A stretch of DNA of 40,792 bases from Octopus bimaculoides (lineage: Eukaryota), in the NCBI RefSeq assembly GCF_001194135.2, contig NC_068999.1:39471424-39512215 (forward strand), given 5' to 3'. Positions 38,189-40,792 of this stretch are shown here, piece after piece (positions within the stretch are counted from its first letter, which is position 1; every line of letters begins with the position of its first letter). A program made the translations under genes and the position numbers. Below the pieces are notes generated by a model, which saw only the letters and a list, made by a program, of their open reading frames with translations, did no database searches and was not told where the DNA came from.

Positions 38189-38490
38189 NNNNNNNNNNNN
38201 NNNNNNNNNNNNNNNNNNNNNNNNNNNNNNNNNNNNNNNNNNNNNNNNNNNNNNNNNNNNNNNNNNNNNNNNNNNNNNNNNNNNNNNNNNNNNNNNNNNN
38301 NNNNNNNNNNNNNNNNNNNNNNNNNNNNNNNNNNNNNNNNNNNATATATATATATATACACATATATATATATATACATATGTTTGCATATGTGCGTGTG
38401 TTTGTGTGATATATGTATATATAAATATATATATATTTCTTTTCTTTTCAAAGTTTCAGCTCAGAGATGCGGCCATGCTGATGCACCACC

Positions 38491-38526
<36 letters not shown>

Positions 38527-39103
38527 GTTAGTGTGTGTGTGAGTGTAATTTATGAAGGGTTTACGTTATTAGTCTGTTTATGTCGATTACTCTTCGGGCG
38601 AGAATTATTGTTTTTATTTTTATTAATGTTTCATTTAAAAGAAATCATTCGTCCTTCAACGAGGAATGAATATACACGGTAACAGGCACGCGACTGTTGA
38701 CGTCAAATTTTATCATCCACCTCATGTTCACGTCTTCGTTATTTCTTTCAAAGGAAGACATTTCTAAAACTCACAGCCTGCAGCATGTACTAAATAGTAA
38801 ACACATGTTCTACAAATAATGTCTGTGTGTATCTGTATATCTTTGTGTGTGTCTGTGCATTTGTCTGTATATCTGTGCGTGTGTCTGCACGTGTGTCTGT
38901 GCGCGCGCGTGTGCATGTGCATGTACATATATTCACACATATATATACATACATATATATATATTTACGTATATACGTATATAAAAGGCTCTCCCTATCT
39001 CATTTTCTCTGTCTTTCTTTCCTTCTTTCTCTCTCTCTCTCTCTTTGTATATATATATTTACACACACACACACACACACCCATACATACACACACACAC
39101 ACA

Positions 39104-39178
<75 letters not shown>

Positions 39179-39369
39179 TAAACAAGTCTACATGTCCCCC
39201 ATGTAAAAGTTTGGATCTGAAATTACCATCATTCTCACGTAGAAATACGTCCATACTGAGGCAATGCGTGTGTATGCATATACATAAACGTATCTATGAA
39301 TGCAGGCATTTTAACATGTTTATACTCATGTCTACCGTTTCCTGAATCGTTGATGAATCGTTTTTAAGT

Positions 39370-39525
39370 CGAGGTTATGTGGTATCATGTCCCATTCGAG
39401 TAGGGAGTTCGTGTTGGGTGAGTTGTATCCAGTTATAGAGAGCTTATCTGGTATCTTTTGAAGAAATTTGTCCATATTCCGTTTGAAGAGGATGAGATCT
39501 TCGACTATATCTGCAACGATATCTT
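39370..39525 (-). mobile_element. 3' coding end of a CR1/L2-like (APE-type) LINE, decayed
   Basis: The minus frame reads DLILFKRNMDKFLQKIPDKLSITGYNSPNTNSLLEW, matching the FKxxLDKFLxxIPDxPxxxGY...NSL C-terminal pattern of invertebrate CR1/L2-like ORF2. The exact clade is uncertain. Confidence 0.65.
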
Positions 39526-40526
39526 ATATCAGAAACACTTGTAAACGAAGGAAGTTCATTACGTAATCTGTGCTTTTCCAGTTTCTTCTCTTTATAACAC
39601 ACATGCATGCACCAACATGCACACACAGACACACAAACACGCGCGCGCACACACACATACACACACAGACATACGTATATTTAAACCTTTCAATCTTACT
39701 ATACATATGTGCGCATTTGTTTGTCTTCAGGCACACACGAACAGACACACGAGAACAGATACTGCGCGGAATGTTAAAAAAAAATGTCCTTCTTGCGCGT
39801 TTCTCATTAATTGTTGTTATTCATACCCCAGCAACAAAACTGTTTTCAGATGATGGGTGTGGGCAGATATTCCAATGGCTTTTGTTACAGTACCAAAATT
39901 ATGAGTCCATTATCGTATTGTAACTTGTGTAACTCTTTGACCTCTTCCTATCAAATACTCAAAAACTGATTCGTTCTTTTATCGAGAACTTGTGAGTTTC
40001 AGTCTTGGAATTCAATCCCAGAACATTAATTCCCTCTGAAATATGGTTTACACACATTAATAACTTAACAGGAAATCTCAAATGATCTACCACTTCAAAA
40101 CTCAGCTGCCAGGCTTCAATTTCACAGCTTCACTCAAAACGTTCATGTTTTTGTTTTCTTTCTAATCTTGATGTAATATGCTTTTATTACAACATCGAGT
40201 ATTTGAACTTTACTTTGATTCGTTAGATCAATTGATGACCAGCAACATTAGCTCTTCACAATAAACATTTCATCGTAACCACCAAAGGCACCTCCACTAC
40301 TTCCATCACCAAAGTCACCATTTTCACCCATCATCTTCACCGCTGCAGCCGTCATCATCATCGTTGTCCTCATAGGCGTCATCTTCATCATCATCATTAT
40401 CATCGACAGTGATCATCTTCATCAGTATGACCATTAGTTTTATCTATCATACCATATATCACATCTCCTCTTCCTCCTCATATAAACATCATAACAATAA
40501 TCATCATCTCAGAGTGCATTACTTAC

Positions 40527-40578
<52 letters not shown>

Positions 40579-40619
40579 CTAGACGTTGTTGTAGTAGCTG
40601 TCCTCCTCCTCCTCCTTCT

Positions 40620-40647
40620 TACCATCATCATCATCATTATATTATTA

Positions 40648-40693
<46 letters not shown>

Positions 40694-40730
40694 CATTATT
40701 ATTATTTTTATTATTATTATTATTATTATT
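40620..40730. repeat. (CAT)n-(TAT)n microsatellite; 3' flank of the R4-like element at the window end
   Basis: Directly visible. Confidence 0.95.
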
Positions 40731-40792
40731 CAGTAGTTTTATTTTTATAACGTGCTTTCACTTCACTACCGAGCGCAGTTCTGTGCGCCTTG
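40730..40792 (-). mobile_element. 3' UTR end of the same R4/Dong-like family as 12679-13071; runs off the window
   Basis: The reverse complement caaggcgcacagaactgcgctcggtagtgaagtgaaagcacgttataaaaataaaactactga closely matches about 13009-13070. It is followed on its own strand by (TAA)n, seen as (TTA)n at about 40640-40730. Confidence 0.85.

Overview
This is AT-rich, microsatellite-saturated eukaryotic DNA from a gapped, short-read-style assembly (7 N-gaps, about 3.2 kb in total). The SINE family and repeat landscape look like octopus (coleoid cephalopod) intronic or intergenic DNA; this assignment is from recalled sequence, not a search. I can support no intact protein-coding gene, tRNA, rRNA or CRISPR array. 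Most ORF-track entries are translations of (CA)n/(TA)n/(TAA)n repeats or of N-gaps. Supported content: (1) seven decayed fragments of restriction-like-endonuclease (RLE) non-LTR retrotransposons of R4/Dong type, from several distinct families; (2) one 3' fragment of a CR1/L2-like LINE; (3) about seven copies or fragments of a tRNA-derived SINE; (4) many simple and compound microsatellites. The most notable structure is a chain of three different RLE-element 3' ends at 12.1-13.1 kb, each ending in (TAA)n. One of these families recurs at the window end, again ending in (TAA)n, while another RLE family sits in (CA)/(TACA) repeats. This suggests several co-existing microsatellite-targeting retrotransposon lineages. 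Secondary leads are inverted SINE and (TTA)/(TAA) pairs that could form dsRNA, a CTCF-like motif, and a stop-poor unidentified reading frame at 16.7-17.2 kb. I cannot confirm a novel system from sequence alone.
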